Assembly: GCA_963722385.1 (NCBI GenBank)
Contig: CAVRKK010000002.1
Location: 704,001 to 768,000, forward strand
Direction: 5' to 3'
DNA from: an uncultured bacterium
Lineage (GTDB): Bacteria; Babelota; Babeliae; Babelales; Babelaceae
Length of the DNA stretch: 64,000 nucleotides
This document shows, one piece after another, positions 40,593 through 51,600 of this stretch. Numbering within the stretch: position 1 is the stretch's first letter; every line of letters begins with the position of its first letter. Position numbers and translations under genes: made by a program. The notes under the pieces were generated by a model, which was not told where the DNA came from, made no database searches, and saw only the letters and a list, made by a program, of their open reading frames with translations.

Positions 40593-40910
40593 TTACGAAA
40601 TGTTTCGGTGAAACAACCAGGGCTTGGCAGGGTGATGTTGGACAATATAGCAGAGGAAGTCGCCGCCTTCTGGGACCGGTGATACACCGCTATACATTGA
40701 ACCGGCTTCGTTGCCCCAACAGTCTAAATTGTGACGCCAGATCCAGGTTTGTATCTTGTTTATTTCTTCTTGGTCGGTAACGCAGGTAGATGGGTTGTTT
40801 CGAACCATTTCCTTGAAATTAGGGCAGGCAACATCAACCTGAGCATGAGCAGCTGCGCCAAGTGCAAGGGCTCCAAGAGCTAAGGCGGTAAAGACTTTTT
40901 GAAAAATCAT
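40593..40910 (-). CDS. Small secreted Cys-containing protein
   Basis: AAGGAG RBS, signal peptide ending AHA, four Cys. Confidence 0.7.
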   Translation of the reverse strand: MIFQKVFTALALGALALGAAAHAQVDVACPNFKEMVRNNPSTCVTDQEEINKIQTWIWRHNLDCWGNEAGSMYSGVSPVPEGGDFLCYIVQHHPAKPWLFHRNIS

Positions 40911-41180
40911 ACGATCTCCTTCTTTATAAAGTGTTATAAGCCTATTTTTATAAGTATATAAAACCGAGCTTAAATAAATCAATATTTTATATTTGAATAT
41001 CATATCCGCGGCAGTGGCAATGCTTGCTTGTCTGACGAATCATATGACCTGTAGCGCATTCTTGATTGTCTGTATGCCTTCTGGTACAATTATGATATAA
41101 ATATACCAGCTGTAATAGTGGACAATATCTTATTTTTGAGGGTGCGAGGTTTATCATTCGCAAAGAAAAACGCGCTGGCT

Positions 41181-42101
41181 ATGGAAAAAATTTTACTGTA
41201 TTACAAATATATCGACATTGAGAATCCTGAGCTTGTAGCTCAATGGCAGAAATCGTTATGCGGCGATCTTAAGCTGCGTGGCCGTATAATTATTGCTCCT
41301 GAAGGCATTAATGGAACGGTGGGCGGTACGATAGAAGCTCTTGAGCACTATAAAGCTCAAATGGATGCTCACCCGCTTTTTGCGGGTATTGATTTCAAAG
41401 AGAGCCCTGGTAGTGCTGCGCATTTTCCGCGCCTTTCCGTAAAAGTAAAAAAAGAAATAGTAAGCCTGGGGATTGACCCGGCCCAGCTTGGTGCATCTAA
41501 TGGTGCGGCCCATCTGAAGCCTGCAGAGGCACATGAGCGTATAAAAGCAGGTTCTCCTGACCTTGTGATTTTTGACGTGCGCAATACCTATGAATCTCGC
41601 ATTGGTAGTTTTGATGGCGCTCTTAATGCCGATATCAGCAATTTTAGGGAATTGCCTGCTTATATTGATAAAAATAGCGATCTGTTTAAGAATAAAGAGG
41701 TGATCATGGCGTGCACGGGAGGTGTCCGCTGTGAGCGTGCTTCGGCATATCTTTTAGCCAAGGGCCTGGCGCGGACGGTCCACCAAATTAAAGGCGGCAT
41801 TCACCGCTATCTGGAAGAATTTCCCGAGGGCTTTTTTCGCGGCAAAAATTTTGTTTTCGACGGGCGCCTTGCATTAAGCACCGATGCTGAAACTATTATT
41901 GCCCAGTGTGAATCATGCAATCAACCCTATGATGAATATAGCCATTGCGTCAATACGCTCTGTAATAAATTTCTCATTTTATGCCCGAGCTGCCAGCTCA
42001 CGGCGGAAGATACGTGCAGCCCTCAGTGTCGGGACGTTGTAAAGCTGGATGCTTCCAAGCGGCGCACCGCTCCTTTTAGACTTTTTTGCAAGGCGAGTTG
42101 A
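41181..42101 (+). CDS. trhO: Rhodanese-domain tRNA U34 hydroxylase (UPF0176)
   Basis: LLYYKY, EGINGT, DVRNTYE, CTGGVRCE and GKNFVFDGR motifs. Confidence 0.9.
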   Translation: MEKILLYYKYIDIENPELVAQWQKSLCGDLKLRGRIIIAPEGINGTVGGTIEALEHYKAQMDAHPLFAGIDFKESPGSAAHFPRLSVKVKKEIVSLGIDPAQLGASNGAAHLKPAEAHERIKAGSPDLVIFDVRNTYESRIGSFDGALNADISNFRELPAYIDKNSDLFKNKEVIMACTGGVRCERASAYLLAKGLARTVHQIKGGIHRYLEEFPEGFFRGKNFVFDGRLALSTDAETIIAQCESCNQPYDEYSHCVNTLCNKFLILCPSCQLTAEDTCSPQCRDVVKLDASKRRTAPFRLFCKAS

Positions 42102-42103
42102 CC

Positions 42104-43123
42104 ATGATACTACCAGCGCTTATTACCCCTAGCGTCTCTCTTGCCGATAAGAATTGGTTTCAGACGGGCGGCCCTGCTCGTTTTTTTTGTGAGCCAGTGT
42201 CCTGCGATGAACTAAGTGAGGCACTTAGGGTAGCGCGGCAGTATAATTGGGATGTGTTTATGCTTGGCCAAGGGGCAAACGTACTCATAAGTGATGACGG
42301 TATTGATGGGCTTGTTATGCGACCGCAGCTTACGATGCTTGAAATTGTTGAAGAGACCGCGACTCATGCGTATGTTCGAACTGGCGCTGGTGTCCCTTTC
42401 CCAGCATTAATCGATTATTGCTTAAAAAATAATCTGACGGGGCTTGAGGAATTCAGCGGCATTCCCGGCACCGTGGGCGGATCGGTATTTATCAATATCC
42501 ACTATTTTGAGTTCTTGCTCAGTGATTTTTTGGTGGCCGGGACGGTTATTGAACGGGCGACAGGAGCAATACTGCAGGTGGGTCACTCATGGTTTAATTT
42601 TTCTTACAATTACTCGATGCTGCACGAGCAGCGTCATGTGTTGGGCGATGCGCTTTTTAAAGTCAAAAAAGCAACGGCACTTGAGGCGGCATACGCTTGT
42701 GGGCGCCAACGAGAAATAATACGTCATCGTGCCCAGCGCTATCCCATGCAACGCACCTGTGGTAGCTTTTTCCGCAATTTTTATGAGGCTGAGGTAACTC
42801 ATACAAGCGGTGGTAAAAAGGTAATCTACGTTGCTTATTATTTGGATAAAGTCGGCGTTAAGGGGGATCTTGTTAGAGGGGGCGCTTACGTTTCACCTAA
42901 GCATGCGAATATGATCGTATCAACGCACGACTGCAGTTCAGCTGACATCGTGGCAGTAGCCCGCGCTATGCAGCAGCGGGTATATGATAATTTTGGTATT
43001 GTAGCGCAACCTGAATGCCGGCTCGTGGGGTTTAAGGAGTATCCTCTCCTCGATACTCGTTTGCGAGCTGCATCAAGTCACTCGCCACAGCACAATCAAA
43101 CTCCTGCTCAAATGCTTCTATAA
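42104..43123 (+). CDS. murB: UDP-N-acetylenolpyruvoylglucosamine reductase
   Basis: GGPA, GQGANVL, GLEEFSGIPGTVGG, CGSFFRN and KHANMIV motifs. Confidence 0.93.
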   Translation: MILPALITPSVSLADKNWFQTGGPARFFCEPVSCDELSEALRVARQYNWDVFMLGQGANVLISDDGIDGLVMRPQLTMLEIVEETATHAYVRTGAGVPFPALIDYCLKNNLTGLEEFSGIPGTVGGSVFINIHYFEFLLSDFLVAGTVIERATGAILQVGHSWFNFSYNYSMLHEQRHVLGDALFKVKKATALEAAYACGRQREIIRHRAQRYPMQRTCGSFFRNFYEAEVTHTSGGKKVIYVAYYLDKVGVKGDLVRGGAYVSPKHANMIVSTHDCSSADIVAVARAMQQRVYDNFGIVAQPECRLVGFKEYPLLDTRLRAASSHSPQHNQTPAQMLL

Positions 43124-43823
43124 TTTTCCAGATTGTTTTGCCATCAAGCATAACTTTGTTTAGTTCCAAGCCGTGGTCGAGCAAGATAGTGAGTGCTTCG
43201 AGATCATTGAGCAAGATAACGAGAAAGGCAAGAGGCAGTGATTTCTGCCCTAAAACAAGTGCGCTCGAGGGTTTTGCTCCCTCAACCAATAAGCGGCGAA
43301 AAACGGCGTAACGATCGGGCGAATTAGCATCAACAAAGGCGATAATAAAAGCGATAGTAAGGTAGTCTGCTTTGACCTTCATATCGAAAATTTCGATCTG
43401 ATAGGCGAGGTCGATGGGGCCGCTCAAAAAGAAGTCCATTGCATTGATGTCGCCATCAAGCATTGTTTTAACAAAAGGGTCCTGCTCGCCTAAGGCAACA
43501 ATTTCTTGCCAGAGAAGGCCTTCTTGAAACTGCTTTTTAAGCTCAAAAAGGCAGGGTACATAGGTTCTTAAAAAGTTATTAAAATTTTTTTCGATACGCC
43601 TGCTGCCAATATGGTGAGCCAGCTCTTGCCAATACGCGGGAGAATTGCAGGATGGTCTGATTAAAGAGCAATAAGGGCGGGCAACCGTTGTATTAAAAGA
43701 GTCATTGCTAAAGCATATGGGGGTTTGTTCCCATGATAATGCCCAATCAAAGCCATAAGGCTTGGAGGGACTTGCCGTAAAAGTGCTGACCAAAAGAATT
43801 ATAAGGCCATATTTTTTGCTCAT
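43032..43823 (-). CDS. Secreted hypothetical protein with ankyrin-like C-terminus
   Basis: Signal peptide; LLVEGA and LLDHGLELN. Confidence 0.55.
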   Translation of the reverse strand: MSKKYGLIILLVSTFTASPSKPYGFDWALSWEQTPICFSNDSFNTTVARPYCSLIRPSCNSPAYWQELAHHIGSRRIEKNFNNFLRTYVPCLFELKKQFQEGLLWQEIVALGEQDPFVKTMLDGDINAMDFFLSGPIDLAYQIEIFDMKVKADYLTIAFIIAFVDANSPDRYAVFRRLLVEGAKPSSALVLGQKSLPLAFLVILLNDLEALTILLDHGLELNKVMLDGKTIWKIIEAFEQEFDCAVASDLMQLANEYRGEDTP

Positions 43824-44057
43824 ATTCTTATTTACCTGATTTGATTGAATAATGTGCTTATTAGTTGCTAACAAGGGATGCCTGGCTGCTTGGCGATTAT
43901 TCTTTGCCAGTAACTATTTAAGGCTACACGCTTATGTAAATTAGTCAACTCAAAATAATAGTCTATTAATAATATAATGCTATTAAGACAAATAAGATTT
44001 TCTCGCGGGATTTTAAAAATTGCTTTTTCGGGGGGAATTGAGTTTGTTTGACACGAA

Positions 44058-44089
44058 TATGAGCAGGTTTTTAAAAAGCCTGCTCATAT
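44058..44089. terminator. Stem-loop terminator
   Basis: ATATGAGCAGG...CCTGCTCATAT. Confidence 0.6.
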
Positions 44090-44256
44090 CGAAGCTATCT
44101 TATATTATCTAAATTCCACGACGTATTTCTTTGCCGTCGAAAGTTAACGTTTCGCAATCAGTCAGCAATGTTCCTAGGGAAGGTTTTGGAAAAATTTCTA
44201 GGGAGTGAGCCACGACCAATCGAAAAGTTGGGGCGCCCAACAGTGGCTACGTAAGA

Positions 44257-44742
44257 TTAATTAATGCTTAGATCACGCGCGCTTATAGTACACACACCGT
44301 CAATACATGTTTTGCACAGTGCGCCAACACAAGAAATGCTTGAAGTCGTTGAGGTACTCATAGTAGATGATTGTTTTGCATTATCATCCTTTGCTTCTTC
44401 GCGCTTTCCTAACCTCTGCATAACTTCTCGTAACCAATCAAGAGAGCCCGTGCAATTAAAGGTGTCGTCGAGCAAAGCTTCGAATTTGCTTTTCTTTTCC
44501 TCTTGCTTTACCGGGAAGAAGATCCCCTTAAGCAGCAGCGTTGTCAATCCATAAGCGAGGCGCTTAACTTTCTGCTTATAATATGCTTGCTCATTCTCAG
44601 AAAGGCCTTGTTCCATCAGTTCCGCAAGCAGTTCAAATTTCGCGAGGTGCTCAGGCGAGCCACAAACAATAGTCGTATTATCATGAGCTTGTATCGTAAC
44701 GGCTACCAAGGCGCAAAAAATCGCTAATACCAGTTTATTCAT
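44257..44742 (-). CDS. Secreted hypothetical protein
   Basis: AAGGA RBS, signal peptide, Ser/Thr linker and 4-Cys tail. Confidence 0.65.
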   Translation of the reverse strand: MNKLVLAIFCALVAVTIQAHDNTTIVCGSPEHLAKFELLAELMEQGLSENEQAYYKQKVKRLAYGLTTLLLKGIFFPVKQEEKKSKFEALLDDTFNCTGSLDWLREVMQRLGKREEAKDDNAKQSSTMSTSTTSSISCVGALCKTCIDGVCTISARDLSIN

Positions 44743-44913
44743 GTTTATCCTTCATTTTTATTAGTAAAAGATTAAAAGCCCGTTCTGTTTATTAATATAT
44801 ATAAAATAACAACGGTGGCAAGACTAAGGCAACGGGCCATAATAATTTGTTGCAAATTGCTGTTATAATCAAATATAATTTAAGTATAGTTTTCTATTAT
44901 AAGGAGTTGCCAG

Positions 44914-45144
44914 ATGAAGAAATATTTTGCATTTTTGCTCATGTTAGCGGTTCCTCTTGCATTAAAGAGCCTTGGAAGTTATGATCCCATAAGCGCATGC
45001 AACGGTTTATCTGAGGGAGATAATTGTACAGCCTTGCTATCTAATGCTGACGAAATCTACATAAACGGCATTTGCCAGCCTTTGGGGGGGGCCTCTTCTC
45101 TCCTATCGTGCACTGAATATCCGAGCGAATCTAGTCCAGATTAG
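44914..45144 (+). CDS. Small secreted 4-Cys protein
   Basis: AAGGAG RBS, signal peptide, ACNGLSEGDNC...GIC...LSC. Confidence 0.7.
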   Translation: MKKYFAFLLMLAVPLALKSLGSYDPISACNGLSEGDNCTALLSNADEIYINGICQPLGGASSLLSCTEYPSESSPD

Positions 45145-45191
45145 GAAGCTAAAGATAATCTTAAGAGAACAATGCCAAGCCGTAAAGACAG

Positions 45192-48100
45192 TTATAGCTC
45201 ATCTTGAGCAGATGCGTAATTAACAGAACCAGCCCCTCGGTAGCGAGCAAAGTACTTATAGACAGTATAAGCAACAATGCCTGCAACAACTGCTCCTGTT
45301 AGAGCGCCAACACCACCGATAATAGGCCCTACGATGATGCCAATATTAGGAGAGCTACCACTACCATCTCCTGAATATCCTCCAGTGCTGCTTGTTCCAA
45401 AGATTTGCGAAATTGATACATCATCGGAGTAAAAGTTTGCAGTAGCAAGAAGAGCATTTCCTGTGTCTGAAAGAATTGGAGAGAAAGCTATTGATACACA
45501 GTAGGTAGAATTACCAGGTAAAATGTGCGTCGTACGATTTCCCAAAACAGCGTCTTTTGAAAATTCAATAAGAGCGATCGTATCAGAGCCACTATTGCTG
45601 GTTGCGAGAAAAGAACCATCGGCTGACAGACTAATGGATCCTGGCTGCGCATTGCCCTGGGCTATTTGGCGTGATTGTCCTTCTGATAAAGCGCCATTAA
45701 TAATAGCAAAAAGCGTAATATCATCGGAGCCACTATTAGCAACAACAATAACGGTATTTTCATGAGTATCTAGGAAAGAGACAACAGAACTAGGAACTGA
45801 TGATATTTTTGGCAGCGGCTTTGACATACCGTTGCTTAGTATACCATTGGTTAATTTAAAAAGAGTTACATCATATGATTGAGCATTTGCGGTAACCAGA
45901 TGGCTATTATCTGGCGTAAAGGTTAACGCTACTGGCTGCGTAGAATTACTTGGTAAGCGGTATGAAAGAGGATTGTTGGGAATTCCTGCTACAAAGTTAA
46001 AAAGCGTAACATCATTTGAGCCACTGTTCGCGGTTGCAAGATAGTTATTATCGGAAGAAAAGACAACAGCATGAGGCTTTATAGAGCCATCTGGTAAAGG
46101 ATAAGAGCTTGCTCCTCCTAGCTGCCCCCCTGAAATTTTAAAAAGAGTTACGTCACTTGAGTTACTGTTTGCTGTTGCAAGGTTTGTGCTGTTTGGCGAG
46201 AATGTAATTCCTACAGGACCAGATGAATTTGCTGGTAATGGATAGGAAACACCAGGAAAGAGAAGTTTTGTGGCGTTAACCGGGTTTATTTGGAAGAGCG
46301 TTACATCATCTGAGTTTTGGTTTGCTGTTGCTAAGTATTGTTCATTGTTGGAAAAAGTGACTGCTGCTGGATTTTTAGAGCCTGGAGGCAAAGAAACCGA
46401 AGTAAAGGTGCTTGAAAAACTGCCACAGTTAAAAATGGTAACGATATAGGGATTGCTATTAGCGGTAGCAAGATACAAGCTGTTGGGCGAAAACGCTACT
46501 GATCGAGGAGCACTATAGCCGCCAGGTAAAGCGTAGGAAGCTGGTCTTGTTAGAATGCCTCCAGCTTCTACATTAAAAAGTGTTACTGAGTAAGAGCTAA
46601 AATTAGCTGTGGCAAGATGTAACCCATCAGGTGAAAAGGCTACTGAGTATGGGGAACTAGAGCCGCTTGGTAATGCGTATGACATTGCTCCCGATAACAC
46701 GCCCCCTGATCCGACCTGGAATGTTGTTACATCATGTGAGAAATAATTAGCAGTAGCAAGATATGAACCATCAGGCGAAAAGGCTACTGAGTAAGACTCA
46801 CTAGAGCCACTTGGTAATGCATATGAAACTGCCCCCGACAATGCTCCACCGGCGCCAACTTGGAATATCGTCACGTCACTTGAACCGTAGTTAGCGGTAG
46901 CAAGATATAATCCATTGGGCGAAAATGCTACTGAGTAAGGGTAGGAACTTGGTAATGCATATGAAACTGCCCCAGCCAATACTCCACCGGCGCCAACTTG
47001 GAATATTGTTACATCATTTGAGCTCGCATTAGCAGTAGCAAGATATGATCCATCGGGCGAAAATGCTACTGTCCAGGGAGAGCTAGAACCACTTGGTAAT
47101 GCATATGAAACTGGTCCAACCAATACTCCACCTGCACCAACTTGGAATATCGTTACGTCATTTGAACCCTCATTAGCAGTAGCAAGATACGATCCATCGG
47201 GTGAAAACGCTACTGATAAAGGATTGCTTGAACCGCTTGGTAATGCATATAAAACTGTCCCAGACAATGCTCCGCTTGCACCAACTTGGAATATCGTTAC
47301 GTCATTTGAGCCCTCATTAGCACTAGCAAGATATGATCCATTGGACGAAAATGCTACTGAGTAAGAAAAGCTAGAACCACTTGATAATGGATACGAAACT
47401 TTCCCAGATAATGCTCCACTTGCACCAACTTGGAATATCGTTACGTCACCGGAACTGATAGCACTAGCAAGATATGATCCATCGGACGAAAATGCTATTG
47501 AGGAAGGGCCAATAGAACCACTTGGTAATGCATATGAAACTGTCCCAGACAATGCTCCACCTGCACCAACTTGGAATATTGTCACGTCATTGGAACTGCC
47601 GTTAGCAGTAGCAAGATATGAGCCATTAGGTGAAAACGCTACTGAGAAAGGATTGTTTGAACCACTTGGTAATGTATACGATGTTCCTCCCGATAGTATT
47701 CCTCCTGCTCCTACCTGAAATATCGCTACATCACTCGACCCATCATTAGCAGTAGCAAGATATGAGCCGTTAGGTGCAAATGCTACCGAGGAGGGAGCCG
47801 AAGAACCGCTTGGTAATGCATATGAAACTACCCCAGACAATACGCCACCTGCACCAACTTGGAATATTGCCACGTCACTGGAACTGTAGTCAGCAGTAGC
47901 AAGATATGATCCATCTGGCGAAAACGCTACTGAGAAAGGATAGCTAGAACCGCTTGGCAATGCATATGAAACTGCCCCAGACAATACGCCACCCGTTCCA
48001 ACTTGGAATATGGTGACATTATTTGAGCTCTCATTAGCACTAGCAAGATATGATCCGTCGGGCGAAAATGCTACTGAAAAGGGCGAACCAGAACCGCTTG

Positions 48101-48491
48101 GTAATGCATATGAAACTGCCCCAGACAATACGCCACCCGTTCCAACTTGGAATATTGTTACATTATTTGAGCTCTCATTAGCACTAGCAAGATATGATCC
48201 ATCGGGCGAAAACACTACTGAACGCGGATCGGAAGAACCAAGCGGCAATGTATACGAATTTTGGCTACTCACCACGCCTCCAGTACCTATCGTAAATAAT
48301 GTTACACCATCTGAGTCACTGTTAGCTGTAGCTACGTAAGACCCATTAGGGGAAAACGCTACTGATTGTGGATTTAATTGAGCCGATGAAGCATAACTTG
48401 TACCTGTCAGCCTGCAGAGTGCTGCTTGCAACTGAGTAGTACATAAAAACAAGATGCCTACTAAAAAATACTTAAGATAATAAGCGGACAT
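45192..48491 (-). CDS. 21-repeat beta-propeller membrane protein, paralog A
   Basis: Signal peptide, 21 SVAFSPDG/ATAN repeats of about 48 aa, C-terminal TM and short tail. Confidence 0.9.
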   Translation of the reverse strand: MSAYYLKYFLVGILFLCTTQLQAALCRLTGTSYASSAQLNPQSVAFSPNGSYVATANSDSDGVTLFTIGTGGVVSSQNSYTLPLGSSDPRSVVFSPDGSYLASANESSNNVTIFQVGTGGVLSGAVSYALPSGSGSPFSVAFSPDGSYLASANESSNNVTIFQVGTGGVLSGAVSYALPSGSSYPFSVAFSPDGSYLATADYSSSDVAIFQVGAGGVLSGVVSYALPSGSSAPSSVAFAPNGSYLATANDGSSDVAIFQVGAGGILSGGTSYTLPSGSNNPFSVAFSPNGSYLATANGSSNDVTIFQVGAGGALSGTVSYALPSGSIGPSSIAFSSDGSYLASAISSGDVTIFQVGASGALSGKVSYPLSSGSSFSYSVAFSSNGSYLASANEGSNDVTIFQVGASGALSGTVLYALPSGSSNPLSVAFSPDGSYLATANEGSNDVTIFQVGAGGVLVGPVSYALPSGSSSPWTVAFSPDGSYLATANASSNDVTIFQVGAGGVLAGAVSYALPSSYPYSVAFSPNGLYLATANYGSSDVTIFQVGAGGALSGAVSYALPSGSSESYSVAFSPDGSYLATANYFSHDVTTFQVGSGGVLSGAMSYALPSGSSSPYSVAFSPDGLHLATANFSSYSVTLFNVEAGGILTRPASYALPGGYSAPRSVAFSPNSLYLATANSNPYIVTIFNCGSFSSTFTSVSLPPGSKNPAAVTFSNNEQYLATANQNSDDVTLFQINPVNATKLLFPGVSYPLPANSSGPVGITFSPNSTNLATANSNSSDVTLFKISGGQLGGASSYPLPDGSIKPHAVVFSSDNNYLATANSGSNDVTLFNFVAGIPNNPLSYRLPSNSTQPVALTFTPDNSHLVTANAQSYDVTLFKLTNGILSNGMSKPLPKISSVPSSVVSFLDTHENTVIVVANSGSDDITLFAIINGALSEGQSRQIAQGNAQPGSISLSADGSFLATSNSGSDTIALIEFSKDAVLGNRTTHILPGNSTYCVSIAFSPILSDTGNALLATANFYSDDVSISQIFGTSSTGGYSGDGSGSSPNIGIIVGPIIGGVGALTGAVVAGIVAYTVYKYFARYRGAGSVNYASAQDEL

Positions 48492-48529
48492 AAACTACTC
48501 CCTATGCAATCTTCCTTGAAATGACTTTT

Positions 48530-48558
48530 ATTTTAGAAAATATTTTATTCAACGTCAA
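48530..48558 (-). promoter_or_regulatory. Sigma70-like promoter
   Basis: TTGACG-17-TAAAAT, conserved upstream of both paralogs. Confidence 0.65.
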
Positions 48559-48646
48559 ACTAAAGAAAGGCAGAAAGGCAACGCCCTGCCTACTATAGGC
48601 GACACAACATACTCGTAGATGAGGCGACACTAACTTCATGGAACTT

Positions 48647-51600
48647 TTATAACTCTTGTCCCACAGGTGCCACATCTGGGGAGTAATTAACGCTACCTAT
48701 ACCACGATGGCGAGCAAAGTACTTCCAGGCAAAGTAAGCAGCTATGCCAATTACCACAACGCCTGTTAGAGCGCCAACACCGCCAATGATCGGTCCTACG
48801 ATGATGCCAATATTCGTAGAGCTACCACTACCATCTCCTGAATATCCTCCGGTGCTGCTTGTTCCAAATATTTGTGAAATGGATACATCATCGGAGTAAA
48901 AGTTGGCGGTAGCAAGGAGAGCATTTCCTGTGCCTGAAAGAATCGGAGAGAAAGCTATTGATACACAGTAGGTAGAATTACCCGGTAAAATGTGCGTAGT
49001 GCGATTTCCCAAAACAGCGTCTTTTGAAAATTCAATGAGAGCGATCGTATCAGAGCCACTATTGCTCGCTGCAAGAAAAGAACCATCGGCTGACAGACTA
49101 ATGGATCCTGGCTGCGCATTGCCCTGGGCTATTTGGCGTGATTGTCCTTCTGATAAAGCGCCATTAATAATAGCAAAGAGCGTAATATCATCGGAGCCAC
49201 TATTAGCAACAACAATAACGGTGTTTTCATGAGTATCTACGAACGAGACAACAGAACTAGGCACCGATGATATTTTTGGCAGTGGCTTTGACATACCGTT
49301 GCTTAGTATACCATTGGTTAATTTGAAAAGAGTTACATCGGATGATTGAGCATTTGCGGTAACCAGATGGCTATTATCTGGCGTAAACGTTAACGCTACT
49401 GGCTGAGTAGAATTACTTGGCAAGCGGTATGAAAGAGGATTGTTGAGAATGCCCTCTACAAAGTTAAAAACGGTGACGTCATTTGAGCCACTGTTCGCTG
49501 TTGCAAGATAATTATTATCGGAAGAAAAGGCAATGGCATGAGGGTTTATAGAGCCACCTGGTAACGCGTAAGAGCTTGCTCCAATTAGCTGTCCTACCGA
49601 AACTTTAAAAAGAGTTACGTCACTTGAGTTACTGTTTGCTGTTGCAAGGTTTGTACTGTTTGGCGAGAATGTAATTCCTACCGGGCCAGCTGAGCCTATG
49701 GGTAATGGGTACGATACTCCAGGAAAGAGAAGTTTTGTGGCATTAACTGAGTTTACTTGGAAAAGAGTTACATCATCTGAGTTTTGATTTGCTGTTGCTA
49801 AATGCTGTTCATTGTTGGAAAAAGTGATTGCCGCTGGATTTTTAGAGCCCGGAGGTAAAGAAACCGAAGTGAAGGTGCTTGAAAAACTGCCGCAGTTAAA
49901 AATGGTAACTATATAGGGATTGCTATTAGCGGTAGCAAGATACAAGCTGTTGGGCGAAAACGCTACTGATCGAGAAGCACTATAGCCGCCAGGTAAAGCG
50001 TAGGAAGCTGGCCTTGTTAGAATACCTCCTGCTCCAACCTGGAATACTGTTACGTTACTTGAGTTAAAATTAGCAGTAGCAAGATAGGAACCATTGGGCG
50101 AAAAGGCTACCGATTGAGGGTAGCTAGAACCGCTTGGTAATGCATATGATACTGCTCCCGATAACACTCCTCCTGCTCCAACCTGAAATATGGTTACATC
50201 ATTTGAGCCGTAATTAGCGGTGGCAAGGTAGGAACCATCGGGCGAAAAGGCTACTGAGAAAGGCCCGCTAGAACCGCTTGGTGATGCATATGACACTGCT
50301 CCCGATAACACACCTCCTGCTCCGACCTGGAATATTGTTACGTTGTTTGAGTCTGCATCAGCAGTAGCAAGATATGAACCATCGGGCGAAAATGCTACTG
50401 AGTAAGGACGGCTAGAACCGCTTGGTAATGCATAAGTGGATGCTCCTGATAACACACCTCCCGCTCCAACCTGGAATATTGTTACGTTGTTTGAGGCTGT
50501 ATTAGCAGTAGCAAGATATGAACCATCGGGCGAAAAGGCTACTGAGAAAGGCCCGCTAGAACCGCTTGGTGATGCATATGACACTGCTCCCGATAACACA
50601 CCTCCTGCTCCAACCTGGAATATTATTACGTTGTTTGAGTCTGCATCAGCAGTAGCAAGATATGAACCATCGGGCGAAAATGCTACTGAGTAAGGGTAGA
50701 TAGAACCGCTTGGTAATGCATATGACACTGCTCCCGATAATACTCCTCCTGCTCCAACTTGAAATATGGTTACATTGGCTGAATAGTAATTAGCAGTAGC
50801 AAGATAGGAACCATCGGGCGAAAAGGCTGCTGATAAAGGCTCACTAGAACCGCTTGGTAATGCATATGACACTGCTCCCGATAACACTCCTCCTGCTCCA
50901 ACCTGGAATATGGTGACATCATTTGAATAATTAGCGGTAGCAAGATAAGAGCTATCCGGTGAAAAGGCTACCGATTGAGGGTAGCTAGAACCGCTTGGTA
51001 ATGCATATGACACTGCTCCCGATAACACTCCTCCTGCTCCAACCTGGAATATGGTGACACCATTTGAATAATTAGCGGTAGCAAGATAAGAGCTATCCGG
51101 TGAAAAGGCTACCGATTGAGGGTAGCTAGAACCGCTTGGTAATGCATATGACACTGCTCCAGACAACACTCCCCCTGCTCCAACCTGGAATATTGTTACA
51201 TTGTTTGAGCCTTCATTAGCAGTAGCAAGATATGAACCATCGGGCGAAAAGGTTACTGAGTAAGGCGTGTTAGAACCGCTTGGTAATGCATATGACACTG
51301 CTCCAGACAACACTCCCCCTGCTCCAACCTGGAATATTGTTACATTGTTTGAGCCTTCATTAGCAGTAGCAAGATATGAACCATCGGGCGAAAAGGTTAC
51401 TGAGTAAGGCTTGTTAGAACCGCTTGGTAATGCATATGATACTGCTCCCGACAATACTCCTCCTACTCCAATCTGGAATATTGTTACATCATTTGAGAAT
51501 ATATTAGCGATAGCAAGATATGAACCATCGGGCGAAAAGGTTACTGAGTAAGGAAAGCTAGAACCGCTTGGTAGGACATATGACACTGCTCCCGATAACA

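Noticed and set aside
44109..44240. Short minus-strand frame (..DCETLTFDGKEIRRGI) as a gene or remnant
   Set aside because: About 43 codons, no RBS, no recognisable homology
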